This document shows, in pieces, positions 11,522-22,791 of a DNA stretch of 64,000 bases. The DNA lies in contig CBDCTH010000004.1 of the NCBI GenBank assembly GCA_965222155.1, positions 160,001 to 224,000 on the forward strand, given 5' to 3'. Every line of letters begins with the position of its first letter. Positions within the stretch are counted from its first letter, which is position 1. The notes below the pieces were generated by a model. That model was given only the letters and a program-made list of their open reading frames with translations, did no database searches and had not been told where the DNA came from. The stretch is from Gammaproteobacteria bacterium (GTDB lineage: Bacteria; Pseudomonadota; Gammaproteobacteria; Eutrophobiales; Eutrophobiaceae). A program made the position numbers and the translations under genes.

Positions 11522-11956
11522 TCAAGAGGCCAACGGAAACCGGCAATCCAAACCGGGAAAACGTCGGAAATCCTGATCTGCCGTATGTACTTCGGCTTGA
11601 TGCGAAATTGCAAATTCAGCGATTTGAGCATCGGTGACCATATTGCCTCCCGAAGACCCCACCGCAGCAAGTAGTTCCAGTACGTGACGGGTGTGCCGGG
11701 CAGTTGGATAAAGCGTCTGCGTGATTTGGCGATCATGCCAGGACTCGACGATCTGTGTAGCCTGTATTAGTGATAAAGGATGTTCAAATGCACGGTGATT
11801 AGTGCTGATTCGAACAAAGGCAAATATAACGGGGTGACAAAGCCCGACGGGAACGGAGCCATTCAGACAACCTGACCACCATTGTTTAGCAGCGCTATGA
11901 AAAGGACTTGTTGAGTCGACCGCATACAGCAACAGGTTTGCATCCGGCACGATCAT
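11522..11956 (-). CDS. vapC: VapC PIN toxin (actinobacterial-like type)
   Basis: MIVPDANLLLYA, GNMVTDAQIA and TADQDFRRFPGL motifs. Confidence 0.92.
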   Translation of the reverse strand: MIVPDANLLLYAVDSTSPFHSAAKQWWSGCLNGSVPVGLCHPVIFAFVRISTNHRAFEHPLSLIQATQIVESWHDRQITQTLYPTARHTRHVLELLAAVGSSGGNMVTDAQIAEFAISHQAEVHTADQDFRRFPGLDCRFPLAS

Positions 11957-12237
11957 CCGGGTGGGGACTGATTACCCAAACGGCGTGAAAGAGCAAGGAA
12001 AGCATCCACTTCCAAATCGTCATTGAGGGAATTGATGTGGGCAGGATCGTAGCCGCTGCGAAGACCCATCGGAAATGACTGTTGGACAAAAGACGTTTTA
12101 TCGGTATCACAAAGCAAGTCTGCAAGCCCCCTGGTAACAGCCTGGTTCAACGTTTCCTTGAAACTCTGCCCGCGCTGGTGCATAGCTTCACGGAGCAGGC
12201 GTTCGGTTTCCGGTTCCAATGTTACTGTAGTACGCAT
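11953..12237 (-). CDS. vapB: VapB ribbon-helix-helix antitoxin
   Basis: MRTTVTLE...SFKETLN; overlaps the vapC start. Confidence 0.85.
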   Translation of the reverse strand: MRTTVTLEPETERLLREAMHQRGQSFKETLNQAVTRGLADLLCDTDKTSFVQQSFPMGLRSGYDPAHINSLNDDLEVDAFLALSRRLGNQSPPG

Positions 12238-12341
12238 AAGATACATAATGATGTAAATATTATTTGCTGTCAAGATGATGATCTTAAACGTGATGATCTT
12301 AAACGTATAATATAGAAATTCGGAATGGATTTGTGCCGCCA

Positions 12342-12549
12342 GCGGGAACAGCGCGGCATTACGCCGGACACCGCCCTGAGATTGGCAGCATTTTTACGGA
12401 CCTCGCCTGAATTCTGGTTGAACTTGCAAACAGCTTATGACTTGAAGGTAGCAGAAGCTGCGGAAGGTAAAATCATACGCGCAGAAATTGTGCCGCTCCA
12501 TACACAGACAGAAGAAAATCAGACATCTATTCGGGCGGAAAGCAGGTGA
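12342..12549 (+). pseudogene. higA: Orphan 3' 208 bp of higA
   Basis: Diverged colinear copy of 10938-11145; N-terminus missing. Confidence 0.9.
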
Positions 12550-13118
12550 CTCCTATGCGGCATATCCCACACAAGTACGGAAGCAAGCTGAATCTCATCG
12601 GTTTTCCGGGAACAGGATACAGGTATCCTCTTTTTTCGCCAAAATGTGACTTTTCTCACAATTCAGTTAATTCTTCGCTTTCCAATTCATCTCGCCCGAG
12701 TAAAATTATCATTGCCATAGGGAAACAAGGCGGCGGTCAATCCAGGCTGAACGGGACTGAACACCCTGACGCCAGATGATCGGTCGAATGGAATTCGATA
12801 ATTCTGTTGTTTGTTGAGTGCCTTCATGCCTGAGGGTGGCCCGGTTAGTAGTCTCCAGGGCCAGGGATCAGGGACAGCCCGAGGGCGCCAAGGGGGGCGG
12901 TGTTTCATCTGCTGCTGATATTGCTGCGCCGCCCCCCTTTGGCAGAGGCATGACCAGTCGCCGCTCCGGCAAACCTCTTCCTTATGATTCCCGACTTCGG
13001 CGGTGTCCATACCGTCTATTTGTTAATAACACCTCCAAATTCAATATAGGCACTACGATAACCTATCTGTAATACGATGACACTCAATTCCGCTGTCAGC
13101 TCCGAACCCGTCACTCTT

Positions 13119-14045
13119 TCATTTTTTGGTGTTGTATCGCGTTTGTTCTTCAAGCACCCTGTCTATTCCCCTCATCCAATTCAGATCTTTTCCAATGACC
13201 AGCTCGGTCATTGCAGCGTGATGAGTATTTTTCATTGAGATAGGTTTGACTTGAAACCCGTACTGTTTGGACAGTTCCTTAACCTCAGAGGTATTATCGT
13301 AGGTCATTATAAAATCTCCCTTAATTGATGTACATAACTCAAACAAGGTCCCATGATCCAGTTCATAATGCGTATATAAACGACTGCCCGCCTTTTTACC
13401 GCCGGCGGTGTATGGTGGATCCATGAAAAACACTGCCCCGGGAAAGTCCTTATACTGATTAATAACCTCGAAAGCGTCACCATGCTTAAATCGGAGCTTA
13501 CTGACTATTTGATTGATATCTCTCAGCCTCTTTGCAAGTGTGCTTGGATACCATCTCGAAAGAATACCTTTTCCACTTTCTCCGTTTTTGAGAAAGCCTG
13601 AGCCTGCTGCCAGGATACCGCCGTGGAAGGTTCTGTTTTTTATTATGGTTTGGAATGCCTTCTCTTTCTGACACCTCCTTTTTTTTCGGAGCTCGGCGAC
13701 GGCATTATCTTTTGTCATTTCAAAAGTAAGAATCCTTCTCGCAAGCCATTCTGCCTCGCCATCAACTATGGTTTGCCAGACTGCCGCAATCTCTTCGTCT
13801 AACTCAACCATAAGAGCATTTTCCACCAAATATTCAAACACAGCTGTCAGTGACACGATCCCGCCTCCAACAAATGGTTCAACCAATACTTCCGGTTTTG
13901 AGGATTGGCTGAGAAGCCATTCGCGCAGTCTTGGAATAAACCACGTTTTACCTCCCGGGTAGCGAAATGGACTACGCTGTGGAACAGAGGCTACATTCAC
14001 TACTTTCAAAGGTTCAAGTTCATCACTGAAAAGTAGTCTCTGCAT
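13119..14045 (-). CDS. D12-class DNA methyltransferase (Dam-like family)
   Basis: SPFRYPGGK, EPFVGGG and FMDPPY motifs. Confidence 0.9.
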   Translation of the reverse strand: MQRLLFSDELEPLKVVNVASVPQRSPFRYPGGKTWFIPRLREWLLSQSSKPEVLVEPFVGGGIVSLTAVFEYLVENALMVELDEEIAAVWQTIVDGEAEWLARRILTFEMTKDNAVAELRKKRRCQKEKAFQTIIKNRTFHGGILAAGSGFLKNGESGKGILSRWYPSTLAKRLRDINQIVSKLRFKHGDAFEVINQYKDFPGAVFFMDPPYTAGGKKAGSRLYTHYELDHGTLFELCTSIKGDFIMTYDNTSEVKELSKQYGFQVKPISMKNTHHAAMTELVIGKDLNWMRGIDRVLEEQTRYNTKK

Positions 14046-14046
14046 A

Positions 14047-14608
14047 TTACCCGCCTCCGAAGGGGCTCTCAATGGTATTGTTGACAGGAAGACTCTCCAG
14101 CTTTTCATCTACCTTTGATTGAAGTAGATTCATGAATTTCTCCACCTTTCCAATCTTCGGCTTTGTTATGGTGTTCAGAGCATTAATAAATTTAGTGTAG
14201 ACAACCTTGAATTTCCGGTGATCCGAAATCGTAGACTTTTCCTGCATCGTTGTAAGCCACGAGAACTACATCAATATTTCCAGCAGAGTTTCCGTAGTAA
14301 TCGACTAATCTTACCTCTGTGAGGGAGGTCCATGTCGAATCAGGACCAAAGAAAAAATCTGCTGCATCATCTGCAATAAGCCAATTCTCACGGAATCTTA
14401 TGGGACAGGTGATTACAGGATTCTTTCCATGTAATATACTGCACACGCCAAGTGGATCCTTGGCCTTGTCTTTCGTACAACTTGGAACTTTGTTGTTAAA
14501 GGGACAGAGTTTATTTTTTCGAAAGCGCGTCGCCTTCAAGCTGAAATCTGTTGGTAAATGTCCAAAAATTTCTGCGAGTGGTTGGCTCTATTCTTTCATT
14601 TCTGCCAT
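14047..14608 (-). pseudogene. NotI-family restriction endonuclease, inactivated
   Basis: CPF..CTK..GVCS..CPIRF, EVRL, NIDVVL and EIQ motifs; TAG at codon 7; frameshift with probable internal deletion after EIQG. Confidence 0.75.
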
Positions 14609-14830
14609 GGGTTGCTCAGCTTCTTGGTTCTTTAACTATACAGAGAATAAACTCCTTCTGAAAGGTCATTTGAATAGTAGTAGCAGCTCCCGCTAACTGG
14701 ATTGAAAGAGAGTTTTCATTCCGAAAAATCACATTCCGAAAAACCAATCGACACCCAACCCTTTGATTTAGTAAACTGTACAGACATTGGTCAGCGGGAG
14801 TAATCGGGAGGTTGCTCCCGTTTTGTATGT

Positions 14831-15985
14831 GTGTCACTTCCGTGGAGGTATTTATTGGGTCATTCGGCTTTACTCGCGCTGGCAGACGGTAGTCTGTTCT
14901 ATGGTGAATCCATCGGCGTCGATGGTGAAGCGGTCGGCGAGGTAGTTTTTAATACCTCGATTACCGGTTACCAGGAGATTCTCACGGATCCGTCCTACTG
15001 CCGGCAGATCATCACCTTTACCCAGCCGCAGATCGGCAACGTGGGTGTCAATTCAGAAGATGCGGAATCAACCCGGGTCTATGCCGCCGGCATGGTCATC
15101 AAGCAGGCGCCTCAGATACCGAGCAATTGGCGCACCGAGCAATCGCTTCCCGATTACCTGAAAGCCAGCGAGGTCATTGCAATCGCCGATATTGATACCC
15201 GCCGTCTCACCCGCTTGCTCAGGGACAAGGGCGCGCAGGACGGTTGCATTCTCGCCGGGCCGGAACCGGATGAAGCGCGCGCAGTTGAACTTGCCCGCGG
15301 GTTTCCCGGACTGCAAGGGATGGACCTGGCCAGGGAAGTGAGCACAAGGCAGGACTACCGCTGGCAGGACGGCGCCTGGTCACTCGCGGGCGGGTACGGA
15401 CAGCCGAGTATGGCGCCAAAGCGGAAAGTTACGGCCATCGATTTCGGCGTGAAAAGAAATATCCTGCGCATCCTGGCTGACCTCGGTTGTGAACTGGAGG
15501 TGGTACCGGCGACCACGCCTGCAGACCGGATACTGGCGCGTTCCCCTGACGGCGTGTTTTTATCCAACGGTCCCGGCGACCCGGAGCCTTGCACTTATGC
15601 CATAAGCGCTATCCGGGACATCGTAGCTGCAGGCGTCCCCACCTTCGGCATCTGCCTGGGACACCAGTTGCTGGGGCTTGCCTGCGGAGCCGAAACGGTG
15701 AAAATGAAGTTCGGCCACCACGGCGGCAATCATCCGGTGCAGGAACTGGCTACCGGGAAGGTCATGATCACCAGCCAGAACCACGGTTTCACCGTTGCTG
15801 AAGAATCCATCCCCGAGGTGTTGTCGGTCACCCACCGGTCACTGTTTGACGGCACGGTGCAGGGCATCCATCATAAGCAACAACCCGCATTCGGCTTTCA
15901 GGGGCACCCGGAAGCCAGTCCCGGGCCCCACGACGTCAAGCCGCTTTTCGACCACTTCATGAATTTAATGGAGATAAATAAATGA
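14831..15985 (+). CDS. carA: Carbamoyl-phosphate synthase small subunit (true start may be TTG near 14855)
   Basis: [21 protein letters not shown] and [12 protein letters not shown] motifs. Confidence 0.97.
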   Translation: MSLPWRYLLGHSALLALADGSLFYGESIGVDGEAVGEVVFNTSITGYQEILTDPSYCRQIITFTQPQIGNVGVNSEDAESTRVYAAGMVIKQAPQIPSNWRTEQSLPDYLKASEVIAIADIDTRRLTRLLRDKGAQDGCILAGPEPDEARAVELARGFPGLQGMDLAREVSTRQDYRWQDGAWSLAGGYGQPSMAPKRKVTAIDFGVKRNILRILADLGCELEVVPATTPADRILARSPDGVFLSNGPGDPEPCTYAISAIRDIVAAGVPTFGICLGHQLLGLACGAETVKMKFGHHGGNHPVQELATGKVMITSQNHGFTVAEESIPEVLSVTHRSLFDGTVQGIHHKQQPAFGFQGHPEASPGPHDVKPLFDHFMNLMEINK

Positions 15986-16058
15986 ATCCGGGAGTCGGTG
16001 CGAACGTCATATCGGACAGGGAGGTCAACAATACACCGCCATTGTCGCTGTTTAACGA

Positions 16059-16085
16059 CTGGATTCCGGCATTCGCCGGAATGAC
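16059..16085. repeat. REP-like palindrome between carA and carB
   Basis: ctggattccggcattcgccggaatgac, reverse complement of the lhr copy. Confidence 0.8.
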
Positions 16086-16204
16086 GGACCGGGTCGTCCT
16101 GGTTGGGAAATACCATCCCAACCCGTTTGAGATATTATTGGATAACTTTGTGTCCTCTGTAACTTTTATATTTATCTGCGCTAATCTGCGTCATCTGCGG
16201 ATAA

Positions 16205-19200
16205 ATGCCTAAACGAACCGACATAGACAGTGTGCTGATCATCGGCGCCGGGCCCATTGTCATCGGCCAGGCCTGTGAGTTTGATTATTCCGGCGCGCAG
16301 GCTTGCAAGGCTTTGCGCGAAGAGGGTTATCGAGTCATCCTGGTGAACTCGAACCCGGCAACCATCATGACCGATCCGGAGATGGCTGACGCCACCTATA
16401 TTGAGCCTGTTCGCTGGCAGACCATTGCAAAAATAATTGAAAAAGAACGTCCCCACGCGCTGTTGCCGACCATGGGTGGACAGACGGGCCTGAATTGTGC
16501 GCTTGATCTGGCCCGGACCGGTGTGCTGGATGAATTCAACGTAGAAATGATCGGCGCCGACAGAGAAGCTATCAACAAGGCGGAGGACCGGGAAAAATTC
16601 CGCGACGCCATGAACAGTATAGGGCTGGCAATGCCCGAATCGGCGCTTGCCCACGACCTGGAGACGGCAATCGAAATCCAGCGACAAATCGGCTATCCCA
16701 TTATTATTCGCCCTTCATTTACTCTGGGGGGGAGCGGTGGCGGCATCGCCTGGAATAAGGAGGAACTCATAGAAATCGTCGAAAGGGGTCTGGAAGTCTC
16801 CCCCACTCATGAGGTCCTGGTGGAACAATCCGTGGTCGGCTGGAAGGAATTTGAGATGGAAGTCGTACGCGATCGGAAAGATAACTGCATTATCGTCTGT
16901 TCCATTGAGAATGTTGATGCCATGGGCGTGCATACCGGCGACTCGATAACCGTCGCGCCGGCGCTTACCCTGACGGACAAGGAGTTCCAGTTGATGCGTG
17001 ACGCTTCGATCGCGGTATTGCGCGAGATCGGCGTGGATACGGGCGGTTCCAACGTGCAATTTGCCGTCAATCCCGATAATGGCCGGTTGCTCATCATCGA
17101 GATGAACCCCCGTGTATCACGTTCGTCCGCTCTAGCCTCCAAGGCAACGGGGTTTCCGATAGCCAGGGTTGCGGCAAAACTGGCAGTCGGCTACACCCTG
17201 GATGAACTGGATAATGAAATTACCGGTGGCGCCACACCGGCTTCATTCGAACCGACTATTGATTACATTGTTACCAAGATCCCCAGGTTCACATTCGAAA
17301 AGTTTCCCCAGGCCAATCCACGACTGACGACCCAGATGAAATCGGTGGGTGAGGTGATGGCAATCGGCAGGACGTTCCAGGAATCTCTGCAAAAGGCCTT
17401 GCGCGGGTTGGAAACCGGGGTGGACGGTTTTATCAATATCTACCCTGAAGTCAGCGCAAACAACCTGGAGGAGATAACCTACGAACTGCAAAACCCCGGT
17501 TCGGAACGCCTGCTGTACGTCGGCGAGGCGTTTCGGCACGACATGGATTTGGCTCGGGTTCAATCCCTTTCACGCATCGACCCCTGGTTCCTGGCGCAAA
17601 TTCAGGACCTGATTGACGAAGAAAAACGCCTGTCGGGGTCACCCCTGGAGGCCATCGACCGGGAGCGCCTTTACCGGTTGAAGCAAAAGGGTTTTTCAGA
17701 CAGCCGCCTGGCCGCATTGGTGAACGTCAGCGAAGCCCGGCTCAGACAGCGGCGTCATGAACTGAATATCCGGCCGGTCTTCAAGCGGGTCGATTCCTGT
17801 GCCGCGGAATTTTCCGCAACCACGGCGTATATGTATTCAACGTATGATGAAGAATGCGAAGCAAATCCGACTGCCAGGGAAAAAATCATGGTGCTTGGCG
17901 GCGGCCCCAACCGGATAGGGCAGGGGATCGAGTTCGATTACTGCTGCGTGCAGGCCGCCTTTGCCATGCGTGAAGCCGGGTTTGAATCCATCATGGTGAA
18001 TTGCAATCCGGAAACCGTCTCCACGGATTACGATACGTCCGACCGGCTCTATTTTGAACCACTGACGTTGGAGGACGTGTTGGAAATCATTCACCTGGAA
18101 CAGCCCCGGGGTGTGATCGTCCAATTCGGCGGCCAGACGCCGTTGAAGCTGGCCCGTGAACTGGAGGCTGAGGGCGCGCCGATTATCGGCACCACCCCGG
18201 ATTCCATTGACCTTGCGGAAGACCGCGAACGGTTCCAGCGCCTGTTGCAGGAATCAGGCCTGAAACAGCCGCCCAACCGGACTGCGAGAAACCTGCCGAA
18301 TGCGGTCAGCCAGGCGCGGGAGATCGGTTATCCCATCGTTGTGCGACCATCTTATGTACTGGGAGGCCGCGCCATGGAGATAGTCTATGATGAAACCTAC
18401 CTGAAGGAATACATGTCCCGGGCAGTGGCGGTATCCAACGACTCCCCCATATTGCTGGACCTGTTCCTGGACAAGGCCATTGAGGTGGACGTAGATGCGG
18501 TTTCCGATGGCGCGGGTGTGGTTATCGGCGGCATCATGGAACACATCGAACAAGCAGGCATTCACTCCGGTGATTCGGCCTGTTCGTTGCCGCCATTCAG
18601 TTTGAGCGAGACTATACAGCAACGCCTTGCCTGGCAGGTGGAGAGGATGGCGCGCAGCCTGAACGTGGTCGGCCTGATGAATATGCAGTTTGCCATACAG
18701 GGGGAAGATATTTTTGTGCTGGAAGTCAATCCCAGGGCATCCCGCACCGTGCCGTATGTGTCCAAGGCAACGGGGGTTCCGCTGGCCCGGATCGCGGCCC
18801 GGTGCATGGTGGGGATCAGTCTTTCCGAACAAGGGGTTAAAGCCATTCCCAGGCCGGATTTTTACTCGATTAAAGAAGCCGTGTTCCCGTTCGCCAAGTT
18901 TCCCGGTGTCGATCCCATACTGGGCCCGGAGATGAAATCCACCGGTGAAGTTATGGGTATCGGCGCCAGTTTCGGTGAGGCCTTCAACAAAGCGGTACTG
19001 GCTACCAACCAGGAAATTCCGCAGCGCGGCATGGTATTCATCAGCGTTCGTGACAAAGACAAGCCTGACGCCGTGCAGATTGCAGGTGACTTTGCGGCAG
19101 CAGGTTTCAGCCTGTGCGCCACCGAGGGTACCGAGAGGGCAATCAGCTCCGCCGGTGTGGAATGCATCAGGGTTAACAAGGTCGCTGAAGGCCATCCTCA

Positions 19201-19426
19201 TATCGTCGATATGCTCAAAAACGATGAGATCGACCTGATTGTCAATACCACGGAGGGACGGCAAGCCATAAAGGATTCCCATTCCATCAGGACCAACGCC
19301 ATACAGCATAAGGTATTTTACACAACCACAATCGCCGGAGCGAAAGCTATAATTGCAGCATTAAGGAATAATCAAATTGACAGCATCCACTGTCTCCAGG
19401 ATCTACACGAGGTAATGACACAATGA
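16205..19426 (+). CDS. carB: Carbamoyl-phosphate synthase large subunit
   Basis: [24 protein letters not shown]; duplicated ATP-grasp domains. Confidence 0.98.
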   Translation: MPKRTDIDSVLIIGAGPIVIGQACEFDYSGAQACKALREEGYRVILVNSNPATIMTDPEMADATYIEPVRWQTIAKIIEKERPHALLPTMGGQTGLNCALDLARTGVLDEFNVEMIGADREAINKAEDREKFRDAMNSIGLAMPESALAHDLETAIEIQRQIGYPIIIRPSFTLGGSGGGIAWNKEELIEIVERGLEVSPTHEVLVEQSVVGWKEFEMEVVRDRKDNCIIVCSIENVDAMGVHTGDSITVAPALTLTDKEFQLMRDASIAVLREIGVDTGGSNVQFAVNPDNGRLLIIEMNPRVSRSSALASKATGFPIARVAAKLAVGYTLDELDNEITGGATPASFEPTIDYIVTKIPRFTFEKFPQANPRLTTQMKSVGEVMAIGRTFQESLQKALRGLETGVDGFINIYPEVSANNLEEITYELQNPGSERLLYVGEAFRHDMDLARVQSLSRIDPWFLAQIQDLIDEEKRLSGSPLEAIDRERLYRLKQKGFSDSRLAALVNVSEARLRQRRHELNIRPVFKRVDSCAAEFSATTAYMYSTYDEECEANPTAREKIMVLGGGPNRIGQGIEFDYCCVQAAFAMREAGFESIMVNCNPETVSTDYDTSDRLYFEPLTLEDVLEIIHLEQPRGVIVQFGGQTPLKLARELEAEGAPIIGTTPDSIDLAEDRERFQRLLQESGLKQPPNRTARNLPNAVSQAREIGYPIVVRPSYVLGGRAMEIVYDETYLKEYMSRAVAVSNDSPILLDLFLDKAIEVDVDAVSDGAGVVIGGIMEHIEQAGIHSGDSACSLPPFSLSETIQQRLAWQVERMARSLNVVGLMNMQFAIQGEDIFVLEVNPRASRTVPYVSKATGVPLARIAARCMVGISLSEQGVKAIPRPDFYSIKEAVFPFAKFPGVDPILGPEMKSTGEVMGIGASFGEAFNKAVLATNQEIPQRGMVFISVRDKDKPDAVQIAGDFAAAGFSLCATEGTERAISSAGVECIRVNKVAEGHPHIVDMLKNDEIDLIVNTTEGRQAIKDSHSIRTNAIQHKVFYTTTIAGAKAIIAALRNNQIDSIHCLQDLHEVMTQ

Positions 19427-19899
19427 ATAGAATACCATTGACTGCAAAAGGCGCCCAGCGTTTACGCCGGCAACTGGATGAATTGAAATCAGTCGAACGT
19501 CCCAGGATAATCCGCGCCATCGCGGAAGCAAGATCCCACGGGGACCTGAGCGAGAATGCCGAATACCATGCTGCCCGGGAGCAGCAGGGTTTTATTGAAG
19601 GCCGCATTGCGATGTTGGACGAAGCTTTGGCCGTAGCGGAAATCATCGAGGTTGAGAAAATCGACGCGCAGGGAAAAGTTGTATTCGGCGCGACTGTCGA
19701 ATTATTGAACCTTGAAAGTGATCTGGAGTTCCGTTACCAGATCGTAGGGGAGAAGGAAGCGGATATAGATCAGGGGTCGCTGTCCGTTACTGCGCCGATA
19801 GCCCGGGCCTTAATCGGCAAGGAAGAAGGCGATGTGATAGAAGTCAATGCCCCGGGGGGTGTTGTGGAATACGAAATACTGTCGGTTTCGTATATTTGA
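19423..19899 (+). CDS. greA: Transcription elongation factor GreA
   Basis: [15 protein letters not shown] motif; synteny. Confidence 0.97.
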   Translation: MNRIPLTAKGAQRLRRQLDELKSVERPRIIRAIAEARSHGDLSENAEYHAAREQQGFIEGRIAMLDEALAVAEIIEVEKIDAQGKVVFGATVELLNLESDLEFRYQIVGEKEADIDQGSLSVTAPIARALIGKEEGDVIEVNAPGGVVEYEILSVSYI

Positions 19900-19937
19900 A
19901 CAGGTACTCCGAAATTGAAGCGCAGCGCCAACCAGCC

Positions 19938-19964
19938 GTCATTCCGGTGAATACCGGAATCCAG
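19938..19964. repeat. REP-like palindrome between greA and rlmE
   Basis: gtcattccggtgaataccggaatccag, with a compensatory stem change relative to the other copies. Confidence 0.8.
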
Positions 19965-20007
19965 TCAGACAACGCGCCGCCAACGGCGGCACATTGCAAT
20001 ATCAACC

Positions 20008-20622
20008 ATGTCAAAAAGCAGCAAGCGCTGGTTGCAGGAACATAACCGGGACCCGTTCGTCAACCTGGCAAGGAGCCGGCAACTCCGTTCCCGAGCGGTG
20101 TTCAAGCTGGAAGAGCTGGACCGGCGTTACAAACTGTTTCGCCCCGGACAAACGGTGGTTGACCTGGGTGCGGCGCCGGGCAGCTGGTCAGGTTATGTGA
20201 GTGAAAAAGTCAGGCCCGGCGGTAGAGTCATCGCCATCGATTTGCTGGAAATGCAACCGCTTGCAAATGTAACTTTCCTACAAGGAGATATTACCGACCC
20301 GGAGTACCTGCAAAACTGCGTTGCCGAATTGCGAAAATTCAAGGTTGACCTTGTAATTTCGGATATGGCCCCCAATTTATCAGGTATCGCTTCTGTTGAT
20401 CAGGCCAACAGCCTGAACCTGGCGCAGACGGCTTCCCGGTTGGCCAGTTCGGTATTGCAAAAGAGTGGACATTTTCTGGTCAAGCTTTTTCAGGGAAGCG
20501 ACAGTGCGTCCTTCAGAAAGCAATTGCTGGAGAAGTTCGAAAAAGCTATACTTTGCAAGCCGCGGGCCTCAAGAGCAAATTCCAGAGAGGTATATATTCT
20601 GGCAAAAGGCTATAATGGTTAG
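20008..20622 (+). CDS. rlmE: 23S rRNA Um2552 methyltransferase
   Basis: RSRAVFKL, DLGAAPGSW and SDMAPNLSG motifs. Confidence 0.95.
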   Translation: MSKSSKRWLQEHNRDPFVNLARSRQLRSRAVFKLEELDRRYKLFRPGQTVVDLGAAPGSWSGYVSEKVRPGGRVIAIDLLEMQPLANVTFLQGDITDPEYLQNCVAELRKFKVDLVISDMAPNLSGIASVDQANSLNLAQTASRLASSVLQKSGHFLVKLFQGSDSASFRKQLLEKFEKAILCKPRASRANSREVYILAKGYNG

Positions 20623-20756
20623 CATGGAGCAATAAAATACGGGACGTCCGTGATTCCGTCGAAGCATTCCCCTGCTTGCAACATGCGGGGACATGCCCCG
20701 CCGGAAAGACAGGCGGGTTACCGGTAGTAGAATAAACAATGTAGGCGTACGGCGTT

Positions 20757-22685
20757 ATGTTAAAGAGTATATTATTGTGGGTAGTAATCGCCATGGTTTT
20801 GATGATGGTATTTCAAAATTTCGGAGTGCGTACTACCAGCACCAACATCCCCTATTCCCAATTCATCCTGGATGTAAAAACCGGCAAGGTGGTTTCCGCC
20901 ACTATCGAGGGCAGCACCGTCTCCGGTAGCCTGGCTGACGGGACCAGGTTCAATACTTACAGCCCGGAAACCAGCAATGATGCCCTGATCGGGACCCTGC
21001 TGGAGAATAACGTGGAGGTGCAGGGCGCCGAGCCGAACAAGAATTCGTTCTGGGCTCATGCTTTTATCTCCTGGTTCCCCATCCTGCTGTTGCTGGGCAT
21101 CTGGATTTATTTTATGCGGCAGATGCAGGGCGGCGGTAGCGGCCGGGGCGCCCTGTCGTTCGGCAAAAGCCGGGCGCGGTTGTTAAGTGAAGATCAGGTG
21201 AAGATTACGTTTAATGACGTTGCAGGCGTTGAAGAGGCCAAGGAAGAAGTCGTCGAGTTGGTCGAATTCCTGAGCGACCCCGGCAAGTTCCAGAAACTGG
21301 GAGGCAAAATTCCCCGCGGTGTGCTGATGGTAGGTTTGCCGGGCACCGGCAAGACCTTACTGGCAAAAGCGATAGCCGGCGAAGCACAGGTTCCCTTCTT
21401 TACTATTTCCGGTTCCGATTTTGTGGAAATGTTTGTCGGAGTGGGCGCCTCTCGGGTGCGCGACATGTTTGAGCAGGCCAAAAAACACGCGCCGTGCATC
21501 ATCTTCATCGACGAGATTGATGCTGTCGGACGGCACCGTGGCGCAGGTCTCGGCGGCGGCCACGATGAACGCGAACAAACGCTCAATCAGCTCCTGGTTG
21601 AAATGGACGGGTTTGAAGGCAATGAAGGGGTCATCGTTATTGCCGCCACCAACCGGCCCGACGTGCTTGATCCCGCCTTGCTTCGTCCCGGACGGTTTGA
21701 CCGGCAGGTGGTCGTCCCATTGCCGGATATCCGCGGGCGGGAACAGATTCTCAAGGTGCATATGCGCAAGGTTGCAATAGCCGATGACGTGAAGCCCGCT
21801 ATTATTGCCCGCGGCACACCGGGTTTCTCCGGGGCGGATCTCGCCAACCTGATTAATGAGGCAGCGCTGTTTGCAGCCCGGGCAAACAAGCAAGAGGTCG
21901 ACATGGAAGAGTTTGAACGGGCCAAGGACAAGGTCATGATGGGTGCGGAACGGCGTTCCATGGTAATGAGCGATGATGAAAAGAAGCTTACGGCCTACCA
22001 TGAAGCCGGTCATGCCATTGTCGGACGGCTTGTGCCGGGCCACGATCCCGTCTACAAGGTCAGCATTATCCCGCGCGGACGGGCGCTGGGCGTGACCATG
22101 TTCCTGCCTGAACAGGACAGGTTGAGCTACTCCAAGCAGTTTTTGCAGAGTCAGATCTGTTCCCTGTTCGGCGGCCGTATCGCAGAGTGTCTGATCTTCG
22201 GAGAGGATGCCGTAACAACAGGGGCGAGCAATGATATTGAACGCGCGACCCTGCTTGCAAGAAATATGGTAACCAAGTGGGGCCTTTCGGAAAAAATGGG
22301 GCCACTCGCTTACCAGGAGGATGAAGGAGAGGTCTTTTTGGGGCACTCGGTGACCAAACATTCAACTGTATCCGCTGCGACGCAGAATGATATCGACGCA
22401 GAAGTGAAACGGATCATTGACAAGAACTACCAGCACGCCAAGGGACTGCTGGAAAAAAACCAGGATAAACTGCACATGATGGCTGATGCATTGATCAAAT
22501 ACGAAACCGTTGATTCGGCCCAGATCGACAGCATCATGGAGGGAATAGAACCCGGGCCGCCGGCTGACTGGGGCGATGACGACAGGACTCGCGGCAAGCG
22601 AGTCGGTCCTGATGAAACTCAGCAGAAGGATGAAGGGCAGCCTGTTGAAGACCCTGCCATTGACGGGCCGGCGCGACCTGCCTGA
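20757..22685 (+). CDS. ftsH: ATP-dependent zinc metalloprotease FtsH
   Basis: Two TM helices; [15 protein letters not shown] and HEAGH motifs. Confidence 0.98.
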   Translation: MLKSILLWVVIAMVLMMVFQNFGVRTTSTNIPYSQFILDVKTGKVVSATIEGSTVSGSLADGTRFNTYSPETSNDALIGTLLENNVEVQGAEPNKNSFWAHAFISWFPILLLLGIWIYFMRQMQGGGSGRGALSFGKSRARLLSEDQVKITFNDVAGVEEAKEEVVELVEFLSDPGKFQKLGGKIPRGVLMVGLPGTGKTLLAKAIAGEAQVPFFTISGSDFVEMFVGVGASRVRDMFEQAKKHAPCIIFIDEIDAVGRHRGAGLGGGHDEREQTLNQLLVEMDGFEGNEGVIVIAATNRPDVLDPALLRPGRFDRQVVVPLPDIRGREQILKVHMRKVAIADDVKPAIIARGTPGFSGADLANLINEAALFAARANKQEVDMEEFERAKDKVMMGAERRSMVMSDDEKKLTAYHEAGHAIVGRLVPGHDPVYKVSIIPRGRALGVTMFLPEQDRLSYSKQFLQSQICSLFGGRIAECLIFGEDAVTTGASNDIERATLLARNMVTKWGLSEKMGPLAYQEDEGEVFLGHSVTKHSTVSAATQNDIDAEVKRIIDKNYQHAKGLLEKNQDKLHMMADALIKYETVDSAQIDSIMEGIEPGPPADWGDDDRTRGKRVGPDETQQKDEGQPVEDPAIDGPARPA

Positions 22686-22791
22686 AAAATAGTATTTGAA
22701 CACGGACAACAAGGAGGATGGCAATGTTGATTACATATCATAGCGCGGTCCTGCTCTCTTTCGCCAGTGTATCGCTTACCTTGGGAGTGTC

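Noticed and set aside
12546-13110. Short ORFs on both strands
   Set aside because: No recognisable motifs or consistent frame.
15982-16212. 76-aa ORF between carA and carB
   Set aside because: It is largely a translation of REP sequences (WIPAFAGMT, ICANLRHLR).
18254-19309. Long antisense ORFs (also 21357-22361, 39256-40224 and 46740-47750)
   Set aside because: They are shadows of well-supported genes on the opposite strand.
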